Positions 46,127-56,223 are shown, counted from the stretch's first letter. The stretch is 64,000 nucleotides of DNA from Nannocystis bainbridge (GCF_028368995.1 NZ_JAQNDL010000001.1:2720001-2784000); one strand, 5' to 3'. Notes: generated from the letters alone by a model not told the origin. A program made the numbers and translations.

Positions 46127-47713
46127 CTACGTAGCGAGCAGTCGGAACAGATCGTCGAGGTCGATGGGCTTGACGAGGTGGGCCATGAAGCCGGCCTCGA
46201 GCGAGCGCCGGCGGTCCTCGGGCTGGCCGTAGCCGGTCATAGCGATCAGGCGCGTGCGCACGTCGGGCTCGGACTGGAGGATCTGGGCCACGCGATAGCC
46301 GTCGAGCCCGGGCAGGCTGATGTCGATGAGCGCGAGCTCGGGGTGGGCGGTCCGGATCCGCTCGAGCCCCTCGTGCCCGCTCTCGGCGACCTCGACGCGG
46401 TGCCCGAGCAGCTCGAGCTGGTCGGCGAGCGTGGCCCGGATGTCGGGGTTGTCGTCGACGATGAGGATGTGGCGCGAGAGGTCGGGCGCGACGACCTCGC
46501 GCGGCGGCGCGGCGGCGGTGACGGGGGCGCCGGCGCGGACCGGCAGGCGGATCACGAACTCGGACCCCTGCCCCTCGCCGCGGCTGTGCGCGGCCACGCT
46601 GCCGCCGTGGAGCTCGGCGAGCCGCTTGACCATCGCCAGGCCGACGGCGAAGCCGCCCTCGGCGCGGTCGCGGGCGCGATCGTTGTGGACGAAGAGCTCG
46701 AAGATCCGCGGCAGGACCTCGGGGCGGATCCCGCGGCCGTTGTCGCGGACGCGAAACTCGAGCTCGTCGCCGTCGCGCTCGACGGCGAGGGTGACGGTGC
46801 CGCCGGGGTCGGTGCAGCGGGCGGCGTTGTTGAACAGGTTGACCAGCATCTGGGCGACGCGGTCGGGGTCGGCGACCAGCTCGAGCCGGGCCTCGGGGAG
46901 CTGGACGTCGAGGCGGTGCTGGCGGGCGCTCAGCAGCGGCTGGCTCATCTGCGCCGCCTGCTGGATGACGGCGGCGACGTCGAGCGGCTGGTGGCGCAGC
47001 TCGATGGTGCCGGCGGTGTAGCGCGAGGCCTCGAGCAGGCCGTCGACGAGGCGCACGAGGTGCTGGACCTGGCGCTCCATGGCCTGACGCGCGCGCTCGA
47101 GCTGGAGGGTGCCGGGCTGGGCGCGGCGCAGGGTCTCGAGGGCGATGGCGATCGGCGTCAGCGGGTTGCGCAGCTCGTGGGCCATGACGGCCATGAATTC
47201 GTCCTTGCGCCGGTCGGCCTCGGCGAGCACCTGCGCGCGCGCCTCGAGCTCGGCGACGGCGAGGCGGCGCTCGGCGGCCTGGCGCTCGGCGGCCCGCAAT
47301 TGCTCGGCCTGGCGCCGGACCTCCTCGGTCTTGCGATAGAGGTCGGCGAACACCGCGACCTTCGAGCGCAAGATCTCGGGGACGATCGGCTTGAACAGGA
47401 AATCGACCGCGCCGAGGGCATAACCGCGGTGGACCTGGGTGTCGCTGCGGTTGAAGGCGGTGAGGAAGATGATCGGGATCCGCCGCGAGCGCTCACGACC
47501 GCGGATCATCGCGGCCGTCTCGAAGCCATCCATGTCCGGCATCTGGATGTCGAGGATGATGAGCGCGAAGTCCTGCTCGAGCAGGCACTTGAGGGCGTCG
47601 ACGCCCGAACGCGCCTTGACGAAGTGAGCCCCGATGTCCGACAGCAGAGCCTCGAGCGCGAGGAGGTTGTTCGGGTTGTCGTCGACCAGCAGGATGTCTA
47701 CGGGCGCTTCCAC
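46127..47713 (-). CDS. Hybrid histidine kinase (REC-HisKA-HATPase-REC)
   Basis: ILLVDDN, DIQMPDMDG, AHELRNPL, DNGRGI, terminal REC domain. Confidence 0.94.
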   Translation of the reverse strand: MEAPVDILLVDDNPNNLLALEALLSDIGAHFVKARSGVDALKCLLEQDFALIILDIQMPDMDGFETAAMIRGRERSRRIPIIFLTAFNRSDTQVHRGYALGAVDFLFKPIVPEILRSKVAVFADLYRKTEEVRRQAEQLRAAERQAAERRLAVAELEARAQVLAEADRRKDEFMAVMAHELRNPLTPIAIALETLRRAQPGTLQLERARQAMERQVQHLVRLVDGLLEASRYTAGTIELRHQPLDVAAVIQQAAQMSQPLLSARQHRLDVQLPEARLELVADPDRVAQMLVNLFNNAARCTDPGGTVTLAVERDGDELEFRVRDNGRGIRPEVLPRIFELFVHNDRARDRAEGGFAVGLAMVKRLAELHGGSVAAHSRGEGQGSEFVIRLPVRAGAPVTAAAPPREVVAPDLSRHILIVDDNPDIRATLADQLELLGHRVEVAESGHEGLERIRTAHPELALIDISLPGLDGYRVAQILQSEPDVRTRLIAMTGYGQPEDRRRSLEAGFMAHLVKPIDLDDLFRLLAT

Positions 47714-48000
47714 CGGGTGTGCTCCCCTCGTGAGAGCAGCCTATCGGTGTTCGTTCCAAGATGGCGGCTGCGGCTCCGCGGGGTCCTCACGCACACGCCC
47801 TGGTCAGCACGCACGACGGCCGCGAGTGCGGGGGTGGCGCGCTCCCCGCGGCGCGAGAGAATCACCGTTCCGTGGTGATACGACGATGTTCCGCGGCGCC
47901 GCGACGCAACCGGGGCACGCGGCGGTGCGGCCGCCGAGGGCGGTGCGACAGGGGCCGTAGGTCCGCGCTTGAACGGATCCTCCGGACCCCCACGCACGGG

Positions 48001-48873
48001 TCAGGCGGATCGGCTCGTGCCGCGGTTGACGAGGTAACCGAAGGCGGCCGCGGTGAAGAACATGATGAGGCTGTAGACCGCGGGCGGCACGGCCATGGCG
48101 GTGTTGTTGAGCAGGGTCGGCGCGCTGGCGATGGCGATCGCCAGGGTGCCGTTGTGGATCCCGATCTCCATGCCGATCGCCACCGCCTGGCGCTTGGGCA
48201 GGCGCACCACCACCGGCACGAGGTAGCCGACGGCCATGCTGACGAGGTTGAAGGCCAGCGCGGCCAGGCCGACCTGCTGGAAGTACTCGACGACGTGGGC
48301 CCGCTCCTTGGCCACGGTGGCGCCGATGACGGCCAGGAGGAACACGGCCGAGAGGATCTTGACCGGCTTCTCGAGCCGCGCGGCGAAGTCCTGCTTCTTG
48401 CTGCGCACGAGCATGCCGATGCCGACCGGCACGAGCACGATGGCGAACACCTGCACGACCTTGTCGAACTGCAGCGGCAAAACCCTGCCCTCGCCCATGA
48501 AGTGCACGAGCGAGTAGTTGACGATGAACGGCAAGGTCAGCAGCGACAGCACGCTGTTGACGGCGGTGAGGGTGACGTTGAGGGCCACGTCGCCCTTGGC
48601 GAGGTGGCTGAACAGGTTGGCCGTGGCGCCGCCCGGCGAGGCCGACAACAACATCAGGCCGACGGCGAGCGCCGGCGGGAGGTCGAAGCCGGTGGCGATG
48701 GCGAAGCACACCACCGGCAGCACGAGCATCTGACAGAAGAGGCCGACGAACACCGGCTTCGGCATCAGGACCACGCGCTTGAAGTCCTCGAGCGTGAGGC
48801 TGAGGCCGAGGCCCAACATGATGACGCCGAGCGCGATGGGCATCAAAACCGCGGTAAGAACACTGGACTCCAC
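48001..48873 (-). CDS. Bile acid:sodium symporter family transporter
   Basis: MLGLGLSL, SPGGATAN, GDVAL, EIGIHNG. Confidence 0.94.
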   Translation of the reverse strand: MESSVLTAVLMPIALGVIMLGLGLSLTLEDFKRVVLMPKPVFVGLFCQMLVLPVVCFAIATGFDLPPALAVGLMLLSASPGGATANLFSHLAKGDVALNVTLTAVNSVLSLLTLPFIVNYSLVHFMGEGRVLPLQFDKVVQVFAIVLVPVGIGMLVRSKKQDFAARLEKPVKILSAVFLLAVIGATVAKERAHVVEYFQQVGLAALAFNLVSMAVGYLVPVVVRLPKRQAVAIGMEIGIHNGTLAIAIASAPTLLNNTAMAVPPAVYSLIMFFTAAAFGYLVNRGTSRSA

Positions 48874-48981
48874 GCGAGACCTCCGACGTTCGCACGATAC
48901 CCCGACGCCCACCCGCGCCCAAGCGGGGCACCCACGGGCCCACGAGCGGTCAGCGCGAGTCCGCGCGACCTCAGGGGTGGG

Positions 48982-49701
48982 TCAATCGAGACCCAAACGC
49001 TGCATGTCGTCCTCGTCGAGGCCGAAGTAGTGGCCGATCTCGTGGAGGATGGTGACCTCGACCTGCTCGCGCAGCTCGTCCTCATCGGCGAACATCGCCA
49101 GCAGGTTGGCGTAGTAGAGGACGATCCGGCTCGGGGCGGCGGCGGCCTCGAGGCCGCGCTGATGGAAGTGGTCGGGGCCCTCGAAAAGGCCCAGGGCGCG
49201 CGGGTCGAAGCCGTCCTGCACGAGGTACTTGGCCGGCCGGGCCTCGAGCACCACCGGGACGTTGCCGAGGCGACCCTTGAATTCTTCGGGCAGGTCCTCG
49301 AGGACAGCCTCGGCGACGCCGGCGATGAAGCGCTGGTCCTCCTTGGTGCCGATGCCGGCGCCGATGTCGTCGTGGGCGTCGAGCCGGAGGACCTCGAGGT
49401 AGTGGCGGATCATCTTCGGGCGCTCTTCCATGGCCTCGTGGACCTGGGCGAGCGCGTGGTGAGCGTCAGCGAACCGCGGGTTGCGCTCGAGGGCGCGGCG
49501 GAAGTGCGGCCCGGCGGCCTCGGGGCCCTCGAGCGTCCACACGAGGTCGCCGCGGAAGTAGTGGATCTCGGGGTGGTCGTGCCAGCCGGGACTGGCCTCG
49601 CCCAGCAGCTCCAGCGCTTCGGCGGGGTCGTCGGCGGCGACGTCGGCGACGTCGTCGAGGAAGGCGTGGAGGGCGGGATCTTCGGGCGGCCGGGACTTCA
49701 C
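48982..49701 (-). CDS. TPR-containing minimal zincin (Zincin_1) metallopeptidase
   Basis: TPR-like helices, LGLFEG, RIVLY..NL, TILHEIGHYFGLDEDD. Confidence 0.88.
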   Translation of the reverse strand: MKSRPPEDPALHAFLDDVADVAADDPAEALELLGEASPGWHDHPEIHYFRGDLVWTLEGPEAAGPHFRRALERNPRFADAHHALAQVHEAMEERPKMIRHYLEVLRLDAHDDIGAGIGTKEDQRFIAGVAEAVLEDLPEEFKGRLGNVPVVLEARPAKYLVQDGFDPRALGLFEGPDHFHQRGLEAAAAPSRIVLYYANLLAMFADEDELREQVEVTILHEIGHYFGLDEDDMQRLGLD

Positions 49702-51182
49702 GGGCGGGGCTCCAAGGCTGGCGGGGCGAGGACGGTGATCTTGGAGATGCGCTCGACGAAGGCGCCGCGCGAGGTGCCGCGCCCGAGCTCGAGGTCGCTG
49801 ACGTGCACGCCGTCGACCTTGAGCAGGGTCTCGCGCTCGCCGGCGGGGGCGCCGTCGGGACGGCCGGGGCACGGGACCAGGTACTCGGCGAACGAGTGGA
49901 TCGCCATCGGCACGCCGGCGTCGTCGCGGCCGAGGTACAGCATGATGTGCCCCGGGAAGTGCAGCAGGACCACGCCGCGCCGGTGGGCGGCGTCGATCCG
50001 GCGCAGCCGCTCGGGCTCGGGCAGATCGGGCGCGAGGTCCTCGGCGACGCCGGCCAGCGCCTGGTCGCTGGTGTGCCGCGGCAACACCAGGCCGAGGCCG
50101 CCGAACATGTCCATGAGGAAGCGCGAGCAGTCGCGGCCGCCGGCGTAGTCGCCCCAGCCGTAGGGCCGGTGGAGGAACGAGAAGGCCTCGGTCAGCACGG
50201 CCCGGCGGGTGAGCGGCCGCTCGGGGGCCGAGACCGCGGCGGCGTCGACGGGCCGGGTGACGACGCCGCCAGGGCCGGCCAGCAGGACCTCGCCGCGGCG
50301 CCCGGCGGTCGGGAGCAGGCTGGCGAATGGGACATGTATCTTCGGACCTGCCCGATTCGACATGTCCTCGAGGACATCGAAGTCGCGGGCGGCGCGGACG
50401 AACGGGCCGCCGGTGAAGCGGCGCACGTGCTCGGCGGCGATCGGCGGCGAGAGGGCGGCGGTGGCGAGGTCGATCCAGCCCATGACGTAGGGGGTGCGGG
50501 CGAGCGCGAGGCCGCCGTCCCAGGCGCGGAGGATCTGCACCGGCTCCTGCGCGCGGGCCATGCTGCACAGGTTGCGGTCGAAGGCGAGGTCGCGGCTCGG
50601 GGTGTAGTAGGGCTCGCGCTGGGGCGCGCAGCGGATCGGGATCAGGTCGAGGGCGACGCGCACCTCGGACGGCAGCTCGGCGAAGGCGCCGGCGTCGAGC
50701 ACGGGGGTGAGCGCTGCGACCTGCGCCGGGGCCATGGCGGCGCCGTCGGGGTTGACGTAGGCGGCCGCGACGAACTTGCCGCGCAGGTAACCGAGGCGGG
50801 TGTTGAGGTCGTCGGCGAGGCGCGCGGGGTCGACGGGCGCGAGCAGGTCGGCGCGGGCGCTGGCGCCGAAGACGTCGCGGCGGGCGATCCGGGCGTTGTG
50901 GGCGGCGAGCTCGCGGGCGCTGAAGAGCGGGCGGTCGAGGTCGGCGACGGCCGCGGTGCGCGTGAGCCAGTAGTCGAGCTGCTCGTGCTCGGGGCCGGTG
51001 CGCGGGAGCGGATCGACGGCGACGCCGTTCGCCGGGCAGGCAACTGCCGGGACGACGGGCTCGGGGGCGGACGCGGCGCTGGCCGGCGGCGGAGCCCGAG
51101 GTGCCGGCTCTGGCGGCGGGGCGCCACAGGCGAGCCCGAGGAGGCCGCCGAGGAGAGCACCGCGGGAGAAGGCGGACTGCAC
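49698..51182 (-). CDS. NlpC/P60 cell-wall peptidase lipoprotein with SH3-like domains
   Basis: LGLAC lipobox, PYGWG...RDCS, LPRHTSDQ, PGHIMLYLG. Confidence 0.9.
   Translation of the reverse strand: MQSAFSRGALLGGLLGLACGAPPPEPAPRAPPPASAASAPEPVVPAVACPANGVAVDPLPRTGPEHEQLDYWLTRTAAVADLDRPLFSARELAAHNARIARRDVFGASARADLLAPVDPARLADDLNTRLGYLRGKFVAAAYVNPDGAAMAPAQVAALTPVLDAGAFAELPSEVRVALDLIPIRCAPQREPYYTPSRDLAFDRNLCSMARAQEPVQILRAWDGGLALARTPYVMGWIDLATAALSPPIAAEHVRRFTGGPFVRAARDFDVLEDMSNRAGPKIHVPFASLLPTAGRRGEVLLAGPGGVVTRPVDAAAVSAPERPLTRRAVLTEAFSFLHRPYGWGDYAGGRDCSRFLMDMFGGLGLVLPRHTSDQALAGVAEDLAPDLPEPERLRRIDAAHRRGVVLLHFPGHIMLYLGRDDAGVPMAIHSFAEYLVPCPGRPDGAPAGERETLLKVDGVHVSDLELGRGTSRGAFVERISKITVLAPPALEPRP
50330..50376. 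repeat. In-frame 14-bp array inside the NlpC/P60 CDS
   Basis: Cores at 50333, 50347, 50361, 50375. Confidence 0.75.
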
Positions 51183-51410
51183 GGGCCGCGGAGTGTACGC
51201 GAAGCGGCCGGACGAGGAGAAATTCGCGGCCGAGCGAGCACATGCGCGCGGGGCGGAGCACGCGATCGGCCGCCAGGGAGCCCGGCGCGCGAGGCGTGGG
51301 CGCGGCCGCGCGAGCGCGAGGGGGCGGGAAAAGCTGGTATGAGGTCGCTGGTGCGCTGCAGCGGGCGACCGGGCGCGAGAGGCGAAGCAGGCGGCTGCGG
51401 CAGGGCGGTC

Positions 51411-51660
51411 GGGCATGTCCTTCGGGATACGCGAGGGGTGAGGCCCGAAGAGAGGGTCTGGTCTTTCGCGCATGTCTCTTCGGACATGCGACGGAACGCG
51501 GCGGTGACGCGGGAGACCGAGGTGCGACCGCGTGTCTCTTCGGACATGCGAAGGATCGCGGCGAAATTGAGCTGCAGGCTCTCGGGCGTGACGCGAGAGT
51601 ACGAGGCCGTGCTGTCGCGAGGTGATTGCTGGTCTTTCGGGTGTGTCGCTGCGGACATGG
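51411..51660. repeat. Spaced palindromic repeats (~55-60 bp period) in a divergent intergenic region
   Basis: TGTCTCTTCGGACATGCGA twice, 60 bp apart, plus degenerate copies. Confidence 0.6.
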
Positions 51661-51694
51661 TCAGCCTCGTGGGCCGGTCGGCGGAGGCGCGCGC

Positions 51695-53110
51695 GTGAGG
51701 CTGTCCTCCGGGCGTGCGGCGCTGGCTCTGGCGCTGGTCTCCGGCTGCGCCGGGCGGCCGCCCGAGGAGCGCGGGCGCACCGAGGCGCGGCCGGGCGCGG
51801 GCTCCGGGCAGGTTGCTGCGGAACATGACTCATCGGACATGTCCGAACAGACAGCCTCGGTGACGGCACCCGGCGAAGGCATGAGCGGCCCGCGGCCTCT
51901 TGAAAAAGAGTCTGAAAGCACGGGTGCCGCGAGCGACGCGCAGGCTCCGTCGCAGGCAGGCTCGGAGGGCGCGGCGAGCAAGGCCCCTCCCCTGCCCTCG
52001 CCGGGGCCGATGCCGGCCGACTTTTTGAAATTTTCCCGGGCGTGCGAGCCGGGCGAGCGGATCGTGGTGGCGGCGGTCGGCGACCTGCTGCTGCACCACG
52101 AGCTGCAGATCCAGGCGACAGTGGCGACGAATCGGTTCCGCGTGCTGTGGGCCGGAGTCGAGGACCTGCTGGCGGCGGCCGATCTGACCTACGCCAACCT
52201 CGAGGTGCCGCTGGCGGCCGGGGTGCTGCGCTCGGGCGAAGAGGTCGCCGACCCGGGGCTGGTGTTCGACCGCAAGGTCTACACGGCGTATCCGCGGTTC
52301 AACGTCCACCCGTCGCTGGCGCTCGACCTGGTGGCGAGCGGCTTCGACGTGGTGTCGACCGCGAACAACCACGCGCTCGACCGCGGGGCGCTCGGGGTCG
52401 ACAAGACGCTGACGGCGCTCGGCGCGGCCAGGCTGCCGCACACGGGGACGCGCGCGCGCGGCGGGGCCGGGCCATGGCACGCGGTGACGAAGGCGGGCAA
52501 GTTCACGGTGGCGTGGCTGGCTTGCACGCTGCACACCAACCAGGTCGCCGACGAGGCGGGCCAGGTGCTGCGCTGCTTCGACTCGCCGACGGCGGTGGCC
52601 GAGATGGTGCGCGCGCTGGCGCGGACGCCGGGGATCGACGCGGTGATCGTGACGCCGCATTGGGGCAAGGAGTACGCGCCGACGGCGACGAAGCAGCAGA
52701 CGGAGTTCGCCCGCCGCTGGGCCGAGGCCGGCGCGACGGCGATCGTCGGCAACCACCCGCACGTGCTGCAGCCGTGGGAGTCGCTGACGACCGGCGACGG
52801 CCGCGAGGTGCTGGTCGCCTACTCGCTCGGCAACTTCGTCAGCCACCAGCCGGAGCTGCCCAAGCGCTCGACGGCGATCCTGTACTTCGGCCTCGGCCGG
52901 GCGGCGACGGGCCCGGCGTTCGTGACCGGGGCGGGCTATGTGCCGGTGCACGTGCGCCAGACGGGCGACGAGTTCTTCGCCGAGGCGATCGATCGCGTCG
53001 GCGGGCCGGCCGACAGCCGCGCGCACGTGGTCGCCAACTTCGGCGCGGCCAACCTGCTGGCCGCCGCGGCGCCGATCGAGGTGACGCCGCAGTGCCCACG
53101 ACGCGAGTGA
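51695..53110 (+). CDS. CapA family metallophosphoesterase-like lipoprotein
   Basis: VGDLLLH, ANLEVP, STANNHALD, HWGKEY, GNHPHV, YSLGNF. Confidence 0.93.
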   Translation: MRLSSGRAALALALVSGCAGRPPEERGRTEARPGAGSGQVAAEHDSSDMSEQTASVTAPGEGMSGPRPLEKESESTGAASDAQAPSQAGSEGAASKAPPLPSPGPMPADFLKFSRACEPGERIVVAAVGDLLLHHELQIQATVATNRFRVLWAGVEDLLAAADLTYANLEVPLAAGVLRSGEEVADPGLVFDRKVYTAYPRFNVHPSLALDLVASGFDVVSTANNHALDRGALGVDKTLTALGAARLPHTGTRARGGAGPWHAVTKAGKFTVAWLACTLHTNQVADEAGQVLRCFDSPTAVAEMVRALARTPGIDAVIVTPHWGKEYAPTATKQQTEFARRWAEAGATAIVGNHPHVLQPWESLTTGDGREVLVAYSLGNFVSHQPELPKRSTAILYFGLGRAATGPAFVTGAGYVPVHVRQTGDEFFAEAIDRVGGPADSRAHVVANFGAANLLAAAAPIEVTPQCPRRE

Positions 53111-53129
53111 GACCGAGCGCGCGGGCCCG

Positions 53130-53933
53130 TCAGATGATCTTGGTGCCGGCCAGGCCGGGCGGGCTCTTGGGGTACTCGAGGTCCATGCGCTCGAGCTCGC
53201 GGACGACGATGCGGGCGACCAGGAAGTTGCGGAACCACTTGCGGTCGGCGGGGATGATGTACCAGGGCGCGTCGTCGGTGGAGGTGCGGACGAAGATCTG
53301 CTGGTAGACGGCGGTGAACTCGTCCCAGGCGGCCCGCGCCTTGAGGTCGTGCGGGTCGAACTTCCAGTGCTTCTCGGGGCTGTCGAGCCGCTCCTGCAGC
53401 CGCTTGCGCTGCTCGTCCCTGCTGATGTGGAGGAAGAACTTGAGCACGCAGGTGCCGCTGTCGTGCAGCAGCTCCTCGAAGCGGCGGACGTGGTCGTAGC
53501 GCGGCTCGACGACCTGCTTGGGCTGCAGCTTCTCGACCGTGGGCACCAGGATGTCCTCGTAGTGCGAGCGGTTGAAGATGGCGACGTGACCCGCCGGCGG
53601 GACGTGGTGGTGGATCCGCCACAAGAAATCGTGGGCCCGCTCGAGCTCGTTGGGGGCCTTGAACGCCACGACGTGGGTGCCGAGCGGGTTGAAGCCGCCG
53701 GCGACGTGCTTGATCGTGCCGTCCTTGCCGCTGGCGTCGCGGCCCTGCAAGATGATCAGCAGCGACCGCTTGCGCTCGGCGTACAGCCGCTCCTGCAAGT
53801 CCTGCATGCGCGTGAGCAGGCCAGGCAGCTCGGCCTCGGCCTCGGACCGCTCGAAGCCGCCGTTGTCGTCGGGCTCGTACCCGCTGAGCTTGGCCCCACC
53901 CGCGCCGCGCACCCGGTAGTCGTCGAGATCCAT
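53130..53933 (-). CDS. ppk2: Polyphosphate kinase 2 family protein (probably class III)
   Basis: QGRDASGKDG, FKAP, FNRSHYED, KFFLHIS, K.WKF, PADRKW. Confidence 0.94.
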   Translation of the reverse strand: MDLDDYRVRGAGGAKLSGYEPDDNGGFERSEAEAELPGLLTRMQDLQERLYAERKRSLLIILQGRDASGKDGTIKHVAGGFNPLGTHVVAFKAPNELERAHDFLWRIHHHVPPAGHVAIFNRSHYEDILVPTVEKLQPKQVVEPRYDHVRRFEELLHDSGTCVLKFFLHISRDEQRKRLQERLDSPEKHWKFDPHDLKARAAWDEFTAVYQQIFVRTSTDDAPWYIIPADRKWFRNFLVARIVVRELERMDLEYPKSPPGLAGTKII

Positions 53934-54103
53934 GCGGTGTTCTTGCGCGATCGACGAGGATTGTCCACCCGGGCCGCGAACCCCCCCCGCTCGGAGCGCG
54001 GGGACGCGCCCGCGTGAGCAGATCTGACCTCGCGGACAGGTCGAGCGACAGACGCGCGCCGGCGAGAGGGATGTCCCGACGGACAGTTTTTATGAGGGGC
54101 GAT

Positions 54104-54421
54104 CGCGTGATGCGAGGCTGGCCTCTCGGACAGGTCATGCGCTGGCGCGTGATGCGAGGCTGGCCTCTCGGACAGTCATGCGCAGGCGCGAACGCATGGT
54201 GCGGGGCTGGCCCCTCGGGCAGTCACGCGCAGGCGCGAGCGACCTGTGCGGTCTGGCCTCTCGGACAGGTCATGCGCTGGCGCGTGGTGCGAGGCTGGCC
54301 TCTCGGACAATCAGGCGCTGGCGCGAACGCGTGGTGCGGGGCTGGCCTCTCGGACAGGTCGGCGCAGGCGCGAACGCGTGGGGCGGGGCTGACCTCTCCG
54401 ATAGGTCATGCGCAGGCGCGG
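54104..54421. repeat. Seven degenerate tandem repeats of 42-47 bp
   Basis: Consensus CGCGTGrTGCGrGGCTGGCCTCTCGGACAGGTCATGCGCwGG(CGCGAA); cores at 54119, 54161, 54208, 54254, 54296, 54343, 54390. Confidence 0.9.
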
Positions 54422-54452
54422 AGCCTCGCCCGGCGTCGGCGCTCTGCGATGG

Positions 54453-54536
54453 TGCCCCAAAGGACATGCCTTTTAGAACATGCCCTTTGGAACATGTCGG
54501 ATAGGGCATGCTCTTTCGAGCATGCCCTCTCGAGCT
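54453..54536. repeat. Six-unit 14-bp palindrome array
   Basis: CATG at 54465, 54479, 54493, 54507, 54521. Confidence 0.9.
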
Positions 54537-56223
54537 AGCGGCGACCGGCCCGGGGCGGGCGCGGGGGGGCCGAGGGGCGCGGGGCCGACGGTCGCGGGGT
54601 CGGGCGCGCTTCAGGGCGCGGGCTCGGACGCGGGGTCGGCCGCGACTCGGGCTGCGGCCGCGGGGTCGGACGCGGGCGCGACTCGGGCTGCGGCATCGGC
54701 CGCGACTCGGGCTGCGGCCGCGGCCGCGATTCGGGCACGGGGCGCGGCTGCGGGCGCGGCTGCGGGGTCGGCCGCGACTCGGGCTGCGGCCGCTCCGGTC
54801 GCGGGCTCGAGCCGGGCTCGGGGAACGGCCGCGGGGTCGGCCGCGTGCTCGGGCCGGGGTCCGGCCGCGGGCTGGGGTCCGGCCGCGTGCTCGGGCCCGG
54901 GTCCGGCCGCGGGTCGGGCCGCGAGCCGGGCCGCGGGATCGGCACCGGACGGTCCGGATACGTCGGGTCCGGCCGCGAGCCGGGCGTCGGCCGCGGGATC
55001 GGCACCGGACGGTCCGGATACGTCGGGTCCGGCCGCGAGCCAGGCGTCGGCCGCGGGATCGGCACCGGCCGGTCCGGGTACGTCGGGTCCGGCCGCGAGC
55101 CGGGCGTCGGCCGCGGGATCGGCACCGGCCGGCCCGGATCGGGGGTCGTGCCCGGGATCGTCGGATCGGGCCGCGTCGGGTCGGGCCGCGTCGGATCGGG
55201 CCGCGGGATCGGCACCGGCCGGCCCGGATCGGGGGTCGTACCCGGGATCGTCGGATCGGGCCGCGTCGGATCGGGCCGCGGGATCGGCCGGCCCGGATCG
55301 GGGGTCGTGCCCGGGATCGTCGGATCGGGCCGCGTCGGATCGGGCCGCGTGCCCGGATCGGGCCGATCGGGCAACGGCTGGCCGCCGGGCCCGGGCACGG
55401 GGCGCGTGCCGGGCGGCGGGACCGGGATCGGCTGGCCGCCGGGGCCGGGCACCGGGCGCGTGCTCGGCGGCGGGGGCGGGATCGGCTGGCCGCCGGGGCC
55501 GGGCACCGGGCGCGTGCCGGGAGGGACCGGCTCGGGCAACGGCTGGCCGCCGGGGCCCGGCATCGGCCGCGAGCCCGGGAAATCGGGGCGGTCCGGGTAC
55601 GGCTGGTCGGGGTACGGGCGATCGGGGTACGGGCGGTCCGGGTACGGCCGGCCGCCGGGGCGCGGGTACGGGCGCACGCCGGGGCGCCCGCCGGGGATCG
55701 GCACGACCGGGCGATAGCTGTGGTCGGCGTAGCTGTGGAAGCCGTCGGTGCGCGCGCCGCCCCAGTACCAGCCTGCCCCGTAGCAGCCGTCGGCCCAGCT
55801 GTACTGGCGCGCCGGATAGGCGCCGTTCCACACGGAGATCAGCGGCGTGGGCGGGGTCCAGTAGTAGACCCACGTGTGCATCTCCGGGCTGAAGAAGACG
55901 AGATGGCCCTCGATGTTGTAGTAGGGCCGCCCGGCCCAGGTGACCCGCGGGTACGAGTCGATGGGCATCGTCGACAGGTGGGTGTATTCGACCAGCTCGA
56001 GCTGCTGGCTGTCGTACAGCTCGTAGCCGACGACCGCGCTGGTCCGGGTGCCGCACACCGACTCGCATGTGCCAGTGCTGGTGCTGTGGTACCCGCCGAC
56101 CGCGGTCACCCGGGTGTCCCGGGCCTGGGGATAGACGCTGTAATAGGTGCAGCCGGAGCTGCCGAGGAGGGCCGCGACGGCTATCGCGGCGAGCGAGAGG
56201 AACCGAAACCGAGAACCACTCAT
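54535..56223 (-). CDS. Lipoprotein with Tyr/Trp-rich domain and long Pro/Arg-rich repetitive tail
   Basis: Lipobox LGSSGC; repeats of YPDRP, PGTRPVPGPGGQP, RPDPT and PQPESRP. Confidence 0.8.
   Translation of the reverse strand: MSGSRFRFLSLAAIAVAALLGSSGCTYYSVYPQARDTRVTAVGGYHSTSTGTCESVCGTRTSAVVGYELYDSQQLELVEYTHLSTMPIDSYPRVTWAGRPYYNIEGHLVFFSPEMHTWVYYWTPPTPLISVWNGAYPARQYSWADGCYGAGWYWGGARTDGFHSYADHSYRPVVPIPGGRPGVRPYPRPGGRPYPDRPYPDRPYPDQPYPDRPDFPGSRPMPGPGGQPLPEPVPPGTRPVPGPGGQPIPPPPPSTRPVPGPGGQPIPVPPPGTRPVPGPGGQPLPDRPDPGTRPDPTRPDPTIPGTTPDPGRPIPRPDPTRPDPTIPGTTPDPGRPVPIPRPDPTRPDPTRPDPTIPGTTPDPGRPVPIPRPTPGSRPDPTYPDRPVPIPRPTPGSRPDPTYPDRPVPIPRPTPGSRPDPTYPDRPVPIPRPGSRPDPRPDPGPSTRPDPSPRPDPGPSTRPTPRPFPEPGSSPRPERPQPESRPTPQPRPQPRPVPESRPRPQPESRPMPQPESRPRPTPRPQPESRPTPRPSPRPEARPTPRPSAPRPSAPPRPPRAGRR
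54931..55130. repeat. Near-perfect 60-bp coding tandem repeat (x3)
   Basis: Units at 54931, 54991, 55051 encode PVPIPRPTPGSRPDPTYPDR. Confidence 0.88.

Noticed and set aside
54104-54421. CRISPR array
   Set aside because: Units are contiguous degenerate tandem copies without unique spacers, and no cas genes are in the window.
54014-54538. 174-aa repetitive ORF (RGWPLGQ repeats)
   Set aside because: It is the translation of the non-coding tandem repeats and has atypical codon usage.
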